A model generated the notes under the pieces. It made no database searches, had not been told where the DNA came from, and saw only the letters and a list, made by a program, of their open reading frames with translations. A DNA stretch of 64,000 nt from an uncultured delta proteobacterium (GTDB lineage: Bacteria; Myxococcota_A; UBA9160; UBA4427), in assembly GCA_963822965.1 (NCBI GenBank), contig CAWGJT010000005.1, forward strand, positions 1,440,001-1,504,000, in the 5' to 3' direction. Positions 9,615 to 18,792 of this stretch are shown piece by piece. How positions within the stretch are numbered: position 1 is the stretch's first letter; the number at the start of each line of letters is the position of its first letter. The position numbers were made by a program, and so were the translations under genes.

Positions 9615-10011
9615 CTGGATCTCCTCCGCGACGCCCGGGGTGGAGCGCCTGGCCTGGCGACCTCGAGCGGAGTCGCTCGAGATGCGCGCGCCGGCGTCCG
9701 ACCCGACGGGCTGCTTGTCGCGATCTGGCCGGAAGTCTAATCGGGGTTCCGCCGGGCCACCCTTCTCGTTTCCGATCGGGGCAGCCGGAGGCGCGCCCGG
9801 GGCCTTCCCAGCCGCCCTGCTTCTACCTCGGGGGAAATCCCAGACGACGAACCACGAGGCGCGCACCGACGCGTCGGAGATCGAGGCCAGCGACGGCGGT
9901 CGGTGCTGCCGCGGCAGCCAGGCAGGGACGCCCAGCGTGCTCGACGCCTCGAGCCCGGTCCTCGGGGCTCGCGGGTCGCGATCGGGTCCGGCTGTCGTAC
10001 GCTCCGGGCGC

Positions 10012-10206
10012 ATGCCGAACGGCACCGGAGGCCCGGGAGCCCCGCGGAGGGAGCTGGTGCGTTGGAGCGCCGCGTGCGGGCTCTTCGGCGCGCTCGCGAC
10101 GGCGCTGTTCTCCCCGGCGCTGCTCGCCGGGCGGACCCTCGCCCCGGGCGACGCGACCCTCTACTACTACCCGCACTTCGTCGCTCGTCCCGGGCTGTGG
10201 ACGACC
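10012..10206 (+). pseudogene. N-terminal fragment of a YfhO-like membrane protein
   Basis: TM segment then FSPALLAGRTLAPGDATLYYYP..LWT; frame runs into the repeat at 10207 and stops at 10275. Confidence 0.6.
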
Positions 10207-10232
10207 GCCCCGCCGCCGGGCCCCCGTAGGGG

Positions 10233-10260
10233 GATTGACATAAGGCCCCTACCCGGACCT
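10233..10260 (-). other. dif-like site 2 (aggtccgggta ggggcc ttatgtcaatc on minus strand)
   Basis: Inverted copy of site 1; 73/81 ungapped identity by manual alignment (8024-8104 vs 10207-10287). Confidence 0.55.
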
Positions 10261-10880
10261 TCGCCAAGAATGTGACTTGTCCGTCCTATCCTCGACGTTT
10301 GCTACAGCCATAGGAATTCGGGACGGGAATTGGGAGTTTCGACGAGAGACCTGGACGCGGAGAATCGAGCGCGCGAAGTAGCCGGCCTGATGGATCACGG
10401 CTCGCTAGGGGCGGTCGCCCCACCGCACGACTGGTAGGGATTGGTACGCGGCGACATGGGGACGACGATCACGGGACGTCGTCCACCTGCCTATCACGCG
10501 ATGCACGGCCCGGACGAGCGATCGGGTCACGACTTCACTGGTGGAAGCGTTCGGGGGTTGCCGATGAGACGTGGCGCGCGACACGCCCGAGTGCCTCGAG
10601 CTCGCCGCTGGAGCGCCGCCGGCCACGCGGCTGGCGGCGCTCGTCGCACTTGTTGCCCGGGGCCAGAATCTGTAGCCCCGTGGTCGTTGCTCGCCGCAAG
10701 CGATCGTTCACATAACACCCATGGGAGAGCTCCGAGCGGAACCGCGCTTTCGCGCATCCTGTCTCCCAGACTGTGACTGCTCGATCGAGGTCCCCTACCT
10801 TCATCGCTGGATTGGTGAGGTCCCCTCGAGGAAATCAGGCCCTCGACAGGACGGACCCGCTGGCGGACGGAGGGGGCACG

Positions 10881-13800
10881 GTGCGTTGCTCGGCGTGTTC
10901 CCATGACAGCGGACCCGAGGCGAACTTCTGCGCCGCTTGCGGCGCTCGGCTTGGCTCGGCCGCGGCTGAGCGACGCCAGCTCACGCTCCTCTTCTGCGAT
11001 CTCGTGGGCTCCACCCCACTCCTGGAGCGGATCGATGCAGAGGACTACCTCGAAATCGTCGACCGCTACTACGGCATGGTGCGGCGGGTGTGCGCGCTCC
11101 GCGACGGTCATGTCGCCCAATACGTCGGCGACGGGGTGCTGGTCTACTTCGGCTATCCGCGAGCGCACGAGGATGATGCCAAGCTCGCCGCACGTGCCGG
11201 TCTCGACCTGCTGTCGGGGATCCAGCAGCTCAACCGCGACTCGCACGACCCTCGCTTGCAGCTCTCGGTTCGCATCGGGATTCACACCGGGCTCGTCGTC
11301 GTCGGGGATCTCGGGCCGCGACTAGAGGGGGTCGCTGTTGGTGACACAGTGCACACCGCGGCGCGCATCGAATCGATCGCTGAGCCGGATACCATCTGGA
11401 TCAGCGGCGACACCCTCAACCTCATCGGCAAGGCGTTCGTCACGAAGGATCTGGGCGAGCACCGATTGAAGGGACTCGTCAAGCCCGTCCACCTTCATCA
11501 GATCGTCGGATTCTCCGAGCTCGACGAGGCCTCTCCGAGAGCAGCCCGGGTTCCGTTCGCGGCCCGTGAGCTCGAGCTCGACCTGCTCGAGGCGCGCTGG
11601 AACGATGCCTGCGCTGGGCGAGGTGCAACCGTGCTGATCTCGGGAGAGCCCGGGCTCGGAAAGTCGCGCCTCGCAGCGGCTCTCCGGGAGCGAAGCGATG
11701 ATTCCGGGTCCGATTGGATCGAGATTCGCTGCTCGCGTTACACCCGGAACAGTCCGCTGTCCCCTGTGATCCGAATGCTCGAGCGAACACTCCTACCCGG
11801 GGAATCTGCTGATCCCGCGGAGCGCCTCCGCCAACTCGATGACGCGATCGGTCGACTGGGGCTCACAGCGGCCGACTCGCTCTCGTCGATCGCCGGCCTT
11901 CTGGGGGTTCCGCTGGGCGATGAGGACGTATCCGGCGATCCAGACTCGGGTCCGAAGCGCGAACGCGTGTTCGAGACGCTGATCGAGGTCTTGCTGGCCC
12001 GCGCCAGGAATCACCCCGTGGCCGTGCTGCTCGAGGATCTCCAGTGGTCCGACGCCAGCACGCTGGAGCTCGTGGGGCGCCTCGTCGAGAAGGTGGCAAG
12101 CGAGCGAGTGCTCCTGGTCCTCACGGCGCGCTCCGAGTTCGCGGCGCCGTGGGGACGTTCGGAGAGCTTCAGCGAGATCGAGCTTCGGCGACTGAGCTCC
12201 GATGTAGCCCGCAGGTTCGTCGCCAGTGTGTGCAACGATCGGCCACTCCCCGCGCTCGCCATCGAGCAGATCGTTCAGCGCGCGGACGGAGTTCCGCTGT
12301 TCCTCGAAGAGCTCGCTCGCTCCGCCCTGGAATCGAAGGAAGAGCGAACAGGCGACGTCAGCGTTCCAGCGTCGTTGCGGGACTCATTGATGGCCCGTCT
12401 CGATCGCATGTCCTTCGCGAAGGAGGTCGCCCTTCTCGCGGCGCCTCTGGGTCGCGAGTTCTCCCATCGCCTGCTCTCGAACGTCGCGGAGATCGAAGAA
12501 GCCGGGCTGCGCCGCGGTATCGATCGCCTGGTCGAGGCTGGCCTGCTCTTGCGACAGGGGAGCCCGCCGGATGCCACCTACACCTTCAAGCATGTGTTGA
12601 TCCAGGATCAAGCCTACCAGTCGCTGGTCAAGCGTCGGAGGAAACGGATTCACGGACGGGCAGCGCGAGCGCTCCTGGCCGAGCACTCCAGCGGAGTCTC
12701 CGCCGAGCCGGAAGTGGTGGCACGTCATCTCGATGCCGCTGGGGAGGTGCGGGAAGCGGTTGCCTACTACGAGAAGGCTGCGAAACAGGCCGCTGTCGTG
12801 CGGTCGGCCCATCGGGAAGCGATCCGGCACTACAGCCGCGCGATCGAGCTGCTCGACAGCCTGCCCGTGTCCGATGATCGAAACGTCGAGAGCCTGTCTC
12901 TCCACATCGCGCTCGGCGTCTCGCTGCAGGCCGCCGAGGGCTTTCAGAGCGAGAACGTCGCCGCCGCGTACGGCCGGGCCCAGGGGCTCTGCAACGTCGT
13001 GAAGGATCCGGCATCCGTCGCGTTCGGACTGTACGGCTTGTGCGCATTCCACAATGCGCGGGGCGATCTCGCCATCGCGCACCAACTCGCCGAGGAGCTG
13101 CGGCTTCACGGCGAGGAGCACGACGAGCCGTTGTACCGGCTGGCTGGCGAGGTCGGGCTCTGCCAGTCGGCCTACCTCCAGGGTCGGTTCACTTCGTGCC
13201 TCGAGTACGGTGAGGCAGGAATCGCGACACGCGACGAGGTCGCGCTACAGCCCGTGTTGGCCGGATACGGCCAGGAGTTCGGAGTGACGGCGCGTTGCTT
13301 CATGGCCCTCGCGCTCCATGCGAAGGGTTACTCCGCACGGGCCGTCGAGCTGGCGAACGAAGCCGTCGAGCGCGGGCGCGCGGCGAAGCACCCGTTCTCC
13401 CTCGCATTCGCGCTGGTCTTCCTGACGATTCTTCACCTGCAGCGCCGCGAACCAGGTGAGGCGATGCGGGCCGCATCGGAAGTCATCGCTCTGTCGGATC
13501 GCATGGACTTCCCGCTGTGGCTTGGTGCTGCCCGCTTCATCACCGGTTGGATCGAGCCGGGTTCCGCCGACGAACGGGGGCGGGGGGAGGACGCGATCGC
13601 CGAGCTGCGCGCGGGCGACTTCCAGTCCTTCGCTCCCGAAATCCTGGCGATGCTGGCACGCGGGCGTCAGAGAGCGGGGCAGCACCGGGAGGCGATGCGG
13701 ATCCTCGACAGTGCGTTCGCATTGTCTCGTCGGACCGGCATGGCCTTCTGGGACGCCGAGCTCTTCCGGTTGAAGGGGTCGTTCCTGCTGGATGCAGAGC

Positions 13801-14036
13801 CGACGGCGGTGGATGAGGCCGAGAGATATCTTCGTCTCTCGATCGACACGGCGCTTTCGCAGGAGGCAAGGACGCTGGAGCTGCGCGCAGCAGTGAGCCT
13901 GAGCCGCCTGCTGCAGGGCCAGGGGCGCATCGATGAAGCCCGCGAAGCTCTCGCTGGGGTCTTCGGTTGGTTCGGGGAAGCCTTCGAGACGAAGGACCTG
14001 CAGGACGCCGCCGCGCAGCTTCAGCGGCTCGCGTAA
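10881..14036 (+). CDS. Zn-ribbon + class III adenylate/guanylate cyclase + AAA ATPase + TPR protein
   Basis: CSAC..FCAACG, ERRQLTLLFCDLVGST, GDGVLVYFGYP, RIGIHTG, GEPGLGKS, EDLQWSD, ELRAA..L..VFGWFGE. Confidence 0.93.
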   Translation: MRCSACSHDSGPEANFCAACGARLGSAAAERRQLTLLFCDLVGSTPLLERIDAEDYLEIVDRYYGMVRRVCALRDGHVAQYVGDGVLVYFGYPRAHEDDAKLAARAGLDLLSGIQQLNRDSHDPRLQLSVRIGIHTGLVVVGDLGPRLEGVAVGDTVHTAARIESIAEPDTIWISGDTLNLIGKAFVTKDLGEHRLKGLVKPVHLHQIVGFSELDEASPRAARVPFAARELELDLLEARWNDACAGRGATVLISGEPGLGKSRLAAALRERSDDSGSDWIEIRCSRYTRNSPLSPVIRMLERTLLPGESADPAERLRQLDDAIGRLGLTAADSLSSIAGLLGVPLGDEDVSGDPDSGPKRERVFETLIEVLLARARNHPVAVLLEDLQWSDASTLELVGRLVEKVASERVLLVLTARSEFAAPWGRSESFSEIELRRLSSDVARRFVASVCNDRPLPALAIEQIVQRADGVPLFLEELARSALESKEERTGDVSVPASLRDSLMARLDRMSFAKEVALLAAPLGREFSHRLLSNVAEIEEAGLRRGIDRLVEAGLLLRQGSPPDATYTFKHVLIQDQAYQSLVKRRRKRIHGRAARALLAEHSSGVSAEPEVVARHLDAAGEVREAVAYYEKAAKQAAVVRSAHREAIRHYSRAIELLDSLPVSDDRNVESLSLHIALGVSLQAAEGFQSENVAAAYGRAQGLCNVVKDPASVAFGLYGLCAFHNARGDLAIAHQLAEELRLHGEEHDEPLYRLAGEVGLCQSAYLQGRFTSCLEYGEAGIATRDEVALQPVLAGYGQEFGVTARCFMALALHAKGYSARAVELANEAVERGRAAKHPFSLAFALVFLTILHLQRREPGEAMRAASEVIALSDRMDFPLWLGAARFITGWIEPGSADERGRGEDAIAELRAGDFQSFAPEILAMLARGRQRAGQHREAMRILDSAFALSRRTGMAFWDAELFRLKGSFLLDAEPTAVDEAERYLRLSIDTALSQEARTLELRAAVSLSRLLQGQGRIDEAREALAGVFGWFGEAFETKDLQDAAAQLQRLA

Positions 14037-14242
14037 GGGCGCCGGGAGCAGACTGACGGCATCGAGGTGCCGGTTTCCGACCACCAGATCGAGGGATGGT
14101 CGCCCCCGCGTGGCTTTCCTTGACCGCGACCGACGGCCGTCGTAGAACGGCGTAGGGCGTCGCCCGGTCCGATCTCGACGCATCCGACCGTTCTGAGGGA
14201 GGGGAGACTCCATGCGCGCGACCCGGGAGATCCGGTACTCGG

Positions 14243-14723
14243 ATGCGATGACTCCATGAAATTTCGTTTCTCGCCCAGCGGGTGCGAAACCCGCCCGGCC
14301 AGGGGTGAGCCCGCCCGAGCCGGTAGCGAGCCTTGCGACGGTCTTGGCAACGAGGAAGGCGTTGTCGTAGGCACGCGAGCGTGTGGGCCGTGGGTACGTG
14401 GCCTCGAAAACAATGGCATTCCGGATGCCGAGCGTTCTGTTTTCGCGAAGGCGATGGCGACCTCTCCGTGGATCTTCTCGAAGAGAAGTAGGGGCGAGGT
14501 GGGGTCGAGTTCGGCGGAGTGTTGCAACACGGCACGCACGAAGAGGACGGCCCAGTAACCCGGGAGGCCCTTGGCTCTCCTCGGGAGTTCCCGGTCTTGG
14601 GGAGAGCCGGTCATCGGGGAACATGTTGGCGACTCGGACCCGGCCGAGCAAAGGTGGCTCGTGTTGATGTGATCTTCAGGAGGGAACCATGACCGACGCA
14701 TCGACGTTGGGAACATGTCACCG
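14243..14723 (+). mobile_element. Group II intron 5' remnant (domain I to start of RT ORF), truncated
   Basis: Recognised by resemblance to bacterial group II intron 5' regions: gcgatgactccatgaaatttcg, gcgggtgcgaaacccgc, ccggtagcgag, cacggcacgcacgaagagga..aacccgggaggccct, ggagggaacc..atgtcaccg; no RT ORF or domain V/VI follows. Confidence 0.65.
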
Positions 14724-14750
14724 GCGCCAGTCACCGGGCTCCCCGTAGGG

Positions 14751-14778
14751 GATTGACATAACGTCCCTACCCGGACCT
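14751..14778 (-). other. dif-like site 3 (aggtccgggta gggacg ttatgtcaatc on minus strand)
   Basis: Same arms as site 2 with a different central hexamer; similarity stops right after 14778. Confidence 0.55.
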
Positions 14779-14780
14779 GA

Positions 14781-15269
14781 GGCGGAAACCCGGCTCATCC
14801 GCCCTATGCTCTCTTCCCGCCGGATCACAAGTGGGTGTCGATCGACGCCTCCCCGCTCGCGGCCACCGACCTGTACCAGGCCGATCCGATGATCCTGTGC
14901 TCCGTGGCGAGCGACGAGCCGCCGGACGGCGAGGGCGACGGCCACACGCCCTTCGACATGATCCTCGACGGCGAGGAGATCCACACGCAGGCCTCGGACG
15001 AGCAGCCCATCGCGACGACGAACGGCGCGGGCACGTTCTCGCTCGCGCTGCGCGCCGAGCGCAGCGGCGAAGGCGACGGCCGCGTCTACACGGTGCGCTG
15101 CGCGCCGCAGGACGACGGCGGGCTGCGCGGCGACTCCGTCGAGGCGGAGGTACGCGTGCCCCACGACCTCGCCTGCGGCCTGATCGGCCCCGAGCTGCTC
15201 CTGTTTCCGATCGCGATCGGCGCGCTGCGCAGGCGGAGGAGCGCTCGGGACCGCTCGAACCGCTCGTAG
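14781..15269 (+). pseudogene. C-terminal fragment of a surface protein with a CGL-x-GPEL/TM/poly-Arg tail
   Basis: LFPPDHKWV..VASDEP..LRAERSGEGDGRVYTV..VRVPHD then ACGLIGPELLLFPIAIGALRRRR; no signal peptide, starts at site 3. Confidence 0.65.
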
Positions 15270-15433
15270 GCCGTCCTCTCGTAGGCCTCGGCGATCACAC
15301 GCGCATCTTCGGGGAAGGTAGTTCCAGAAAGATCGACCGTCGCAAAGAACTCGTCGCCATTCTCAGCTACGCGCACGGCCACTTGCTCGAGAGGTAGTCG
15401 CGTCCGGCCGGTGTAGTTGATGGTTCTCTTCAT
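15245..15433 (-). pseudogene. Truncated hypothetical gene translationally coupled to the GHKL-like ATPase
   Basis: MKRTINYTGRTRL..VIAEAY; start overlaps upstream stop (TGATG); after about 60 codons it runs into the antisense of the 14781-15269 fragment. Confidence 0.55.
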
Positions 15434-17457
15434 CAGGCCTCCTTGATGCGCCGCGCATCGACCTCAAGATCGCGATGCGTATCGAACCCGTGAAGGCGGA
15501 GCGTGAAGTCGCTTGCCTTTTCGACACGAAGCTTGATTACCTGGCCCATTTGTGTGTTGATGGTTGCGCCTCGCGCTTCAGCCTGCATCGTTGCGAGGTC
15601 GAAGTCACGTGCGTCCCACTTCTTGAAGGGGTTTCCACGCCGCGTGCCGTAAGCCACCCGGAGCGTCACGAGATCTCCATCCCGTAGGCCTGATTCGCCG
15701 CGAACCGAAACACCTCCATCCAGTCGGGAGATCGCAAAGACCCGCTCCTTGGGCGTCGCCTTGATCACGGGTGGTTCGGTCGTCTTGGGCTTGCGCTTTG
15801 CCTTCGCTTCGATCTCTTCGCGGCGCTTCTCGAAGAAGAACACATCCTTGAACATCCTCTTATCGACTTCAGACGAGCCAGCGATGAGTCTGGATACGAC
15901 CTCTTTCACGCTTCTCTGGACGAAGCGGATCGTCGTTTCAGCCTTCAGCCAGCGACGATCAACGCGAGACTTCCTGGGCTCCCACTTGGTGTGCGCCGGG
16001 TTCTCAGCGTCCCCAAGGAGCTTGCCCAATAGCGGCCAGTTGACGATCACCATGCCGCGAATGCCGGGCGGTGCCTGTGACGAGACTCCGGGGATCGTGA
16101 TCCCCCGGCGTACGAAAGTCACGTGAGCGGACGGCAGGTCATCATCGCGCTTCAGGTATAGGCTGAACCAACAGACCTCTGGAGCTCCCTGCTTGGGGGA
16201 AACCTTGACTCCGCACCGGATCGCCAAGGGCTTCCCCGCTTCGTACAGCTCCCGCGCAGCATCGAGCACGGCCTTCGGAATCAACTCATCAGACCAGTGG
16301 GTGTTCTTGTCCAGCGGTGGACAGTTCAAGAGGAGGTGTTGCTCCCGGGGCAAGGAGACTGCCCAGCGAGCGAACTCGATCAGGTCCTTAAGCTCGACGC
16401 GCTTCTGCGCCTCTATGTCCCGAAGTTGATCCCGAACAACCGCTTCAATGCTTTCACGATCGATGCTGATGACGCGTTCGTCGTCGACAACTTCCACGAT
16501 GAGCTGCCCAGCGGTGATCGGTACGACGTACTGCTCGCACACCGACAAAGCGAGCTCATCGACCGTCCAGCTGTGAATGCCCTCGTTGAGCCAGGGAACG
16601 ACAACGCTCAGGCCGCTCCGGGCTCCACGCTTGGAGTCGAACGTCTGGCAAAACTCGGTCAGCAGCGCAGGGTCAACAATCGGAAGAGCGAAGTTCGCTT
16701 CTTCCGGATCCTCGTTGAATTGGCCAAAGTGGCCTCTGGGGAAGTATCGCTGTTCACCGACATGGTGATTGTCGAGCACACTCTTGCCCCGCAGAAGGGC
16801 GGCGCCGTCGGTGCTGCGAACAGTCAGTCCGTAGAAGCAGCGGATGCGCGACGCAGACTGATATACCGCCTTGCCGATTCCCCAACTGCCTCTCTCGTCG
16901 CTCGTCTTGTTGGTCCGTCCTGTGTTTCGCCAGAAGTAGAAGTAGTGGTTCTTCTCTTGGGGTGTTGCACTCCACTTCGGGTCATCTACATAGGGGTCCC
17001 CGGTGAGTCCGACCGTATTGAAGTCCTCAACAAGGAGCCACGGACATGCAGCTTCGCTTGGTTCATCAGCGCCATCGCTGGCGCGCAGGTGATCGGCTAG
17101 CTCGTCAAACAACCACGAAGGCAAGTCGGTTCGATCAGACGATCCCAATCTGAAGCGGACACAGACGGGAACGCCGGGGTCAAGCTCCGCGTCCAATGCA
17201 TTCTGGATCGACTCGCGTACCAAGGCGCGAGTCAGGCTGCCGTCTCGGAAGAACTCGTCCTCTGTGGGGTCGTCGTAGTCGTCGCCCTTTCGCGCCTGCT
17301 TGAACCGCCATACCGGACCTGTGTCGCCATCTCGGGTTTCGAACGCCACATCGCTGGAGGGGATTGATGCACGCTCGATAGCATCAGCGGCATCGCCCTC
17401 AGTCTGCGCGTCGTCTGCTACGTCGGGTTCGCTGGCCCAAGGGTCTGTAGAACTCAC
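15433..17457 (-). CDS. GHKL/HATPase-like protein, putative defence/R-M associated
   Basis: LVRESIQNALDA, VEDFNTVGL, GSWGIGK (Bergerat-fold motifs); AAAGGAGG RBS before GTG 17457; lower GC than backbone. Confidence 0.65.
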   Translation of the reverse strand: MSSTDPWASEPDVADDAQTEGDAADAIERASIPSSDVAFETRDGDTGPVWRFKQARKGDDYDDPTEDEFFRDGSLTRALVRESIQNALDAELDPGVPVCVRFRLGSSDRTDLPSWLFDELADHLRASDGADEPSEAACPWLLVEDFNTVGLTGDPYVDDPKWSATPQEKNHYFYFWRNTGRTNKTSDERGSWGIGKAVYQSASRIRCFYGLTVRSTDGAALLRGKSVLDNHHVGEQRYFPRGHFGQFNEDPEEANFALPIVDPALLTEFCQTFDSKRGARSGLSVVVPWLNEGIHSWTVDELALSVCEQYVVPITAGQLIVEVVDDERVISIDRESIEAVVRDQLRDIEAQKRVELKDLIEFARWAVSLPREQHLLLNCPPLDKNTHWSDELIPKAVLDAARELYEAGKPLAIRCGVKVSPKQGAPEVCWFSLYLKRDDDLPSAHVTFVRRGITIPGVSSQAPPGIRGMVIVNWPLLGKLLGDAENPAHTKWEPRKSRVDRRWLKAETTIRFVQRSVKEVVSRLIAGSSEVDKRMFKDVFFFEKRREEIEAKAKRKPKTTEPPVIKATPKERVFAISRLDGGVSVRGESGLRDGDLVTLRVAYGTRRGNPFKKWDARDFDLATMQAEARGATINTQMGQVIKLRVEKASDFTLRLHGFDTHRDLEVDARRIKEA

Positions 17458-17726
17458 TAGCCCTCCTTTGCTTCGGAATTTCCCAAACATAAGCCGCGGT
17501 GACGAGTCGCGGCGGGGGATGGTGCCTACAGCCACGCGATTCGCAGACCATCCGAAGCGACTGTCTCTCGATAGACGCTCATCACTACAGGTCGCGACCT
17601 GCACCCAAGATGCGCTGTTGGCGGAGCTTCCCGGCAGCACTCGCGTTGGGGCGGGTATCGATGCTCAAGGTGGGATGCTGTGGAGGGAGCGTTGAGGTCA
17701 TCGCGGGTCTCACGTGTGTTCGGTTC

Positions 17727-17960
17727 TCAAAGCTTGAAGGAGTCGTCGTCGCCAGCACCCTTGCTGTCGAAGCGGCCTTTCATCTCGTCCAGCGCTGTCT
17801 TGAGTGCGCGATATATCTTCGTAATATCTTGATCGCTGTAGGTGTAGTTGCTTCTGTTGGAAAGATTCCCAACCAACCTGAGATCTCTTAGAGCACGATT
17901 TACTCTCTTTTCGGCCAATTCTACGAACTTTTCTCTCCGATTTGCCTTCTTCACTTCCAA
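17727..17960 (-). CDS. Small helical hypothetical protein
   Basis: REKFVELAEKRVNRALRDLRLVGNLSNRSNYTY; resembles small proteins I recall beside DNA methyltransferase loci; has its own promoter. Confidence 0.75.
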   Translation of the reverse strand: MEVKKANRREKFVELAEKRVNRALRDLRLVGNLSNRSNYTYSDQDITKIYRALKTALDEMKGRFDSKGAGDDDSFKL

Positions 17961-17983
17961 TACCTGCTTCGTGAAAGTTGCGC

Positions 17984-18012
17984 ATTATCCGCATCCATCT
18001 TCATATCGTCAA
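17984..18012 (-). promoter_or_regulatory. sigma70-type promoter
   Basis: TTGACG-N17-GATAAT on the minus strand just upstream of the 77-aa ORF. Confidence 0.7.
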
Positions 18013-18252
18013 TACTGTTTACGTACATTATAGATATTTACGAGCCTGTGGTGCGCGTAGCGCCGCGTTTCCCGCAGGGACCGAGCTAGTGGGCGGGCCA
18101 AGAAGCAACTGCTGGGGCGGGTACCGGCTGGCTCTTGATGGTGAGACGTGCGCGAAGTGTCCCGACCGGACTGTGCCGGGAGTGGTCTTGTAAGCAGGGG
18201 TGGCTCCCTCTCGTGCTACCGACGAGTCTTGGAGACAGACTTGGAGGGTGCG

Positions 18253-18792
18253 GTGAAGACAGTCAGATTCATGTGCTTTCCGCTGACAGAGCCACCTCCG
18301 TATTTCGCGACGGCAATCGTGGATGTCTTCCGCACACACGCCCCCGAAATCGGTACGGCCAACCCGGCCAAGGGACTCACCAGCGACAGGGTCCTATCCA
18401 TTCTAACGCCGGGCCTTGAGCAGCTTGGATTCGCGGTTGAGAAGGGGAAGACGAAGAAGGACAAGATCGAGCGCCCGGTGTTCTTCGGTGAAAACGGGGT
18501 GCCCACTCTTCGATATCAGATCGACGCGTACCATGAGGAGTGGCGATGCGGCCTTGAAGTGGAAGCCGGGAGAGCTTGGATGGGAAACGCGATCTACCGC
18601 GACCTCATCCAAGCGCTTGTGATGGTTCAAGTGGATCACCTGTGCCTGGCTGTATCGAACCAGTACCGGTACAAGTCGGGCGGGCGCGAGGTCTTCAGCA
18701 AGGACTTCGACAACGCCGTCGCGGTAGCCAGCGCGATCTACGGCCATAGCCGATTGACCCTTCCCTATAAGTTGACTGTCATCGGGTACTAA
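18253..18792 (+). CDS. Putative PD-(D/E)xK-fold endonuclease (BglII/BstYI-like)
   Basis: YQIDAYH..GLEVEAGR..N..RDL; GGAGG RBS before GTG 18253. Confidence 0.55.
   Translation: MKTVRFMCFPLTEPPPYFATAIVDVFRTHAPEIGTANPAKGLTSDRVLSILTPGLEQLGFAVEKGKTKKDKIERPVFFGENGVPTLRYQIDAYHEEWRCGLEVEAGRAWMGNAIYRDLIQALVMVQVDHLCLAVSNQYRYKSGGREVFSKDFDNAVAVASAIYGHSRLTLPYKLTVIGY

Noticed and set aside
8024..10287. 81-bp inverted repeats as terminal repeats of a transposon or MITE carrying the methyltransferase
   Set aside because: No transposase or target duplication, similarity continues outward across the IS110, and a third copy exists.
10300..10880. Unexplained 580-bp stretch between site 2 and the cyclase gene
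   Set aside because: No recognisable ORF, repeat or RNA motif; could be a decayed fragment but cannot be supported.
13245..14734. Minus-strand ORFs over 14240-14720
   Set aside because: Antisense readings of the cyclase gene and the intron remnant.
8051..14778. Repeats as CRISPR repeats or integron attC sites
   Set aside because: Kilobase irregular spacing, mixed orientation, no RYYYAAC/GTTRRRY ends, no cas or intI gene.
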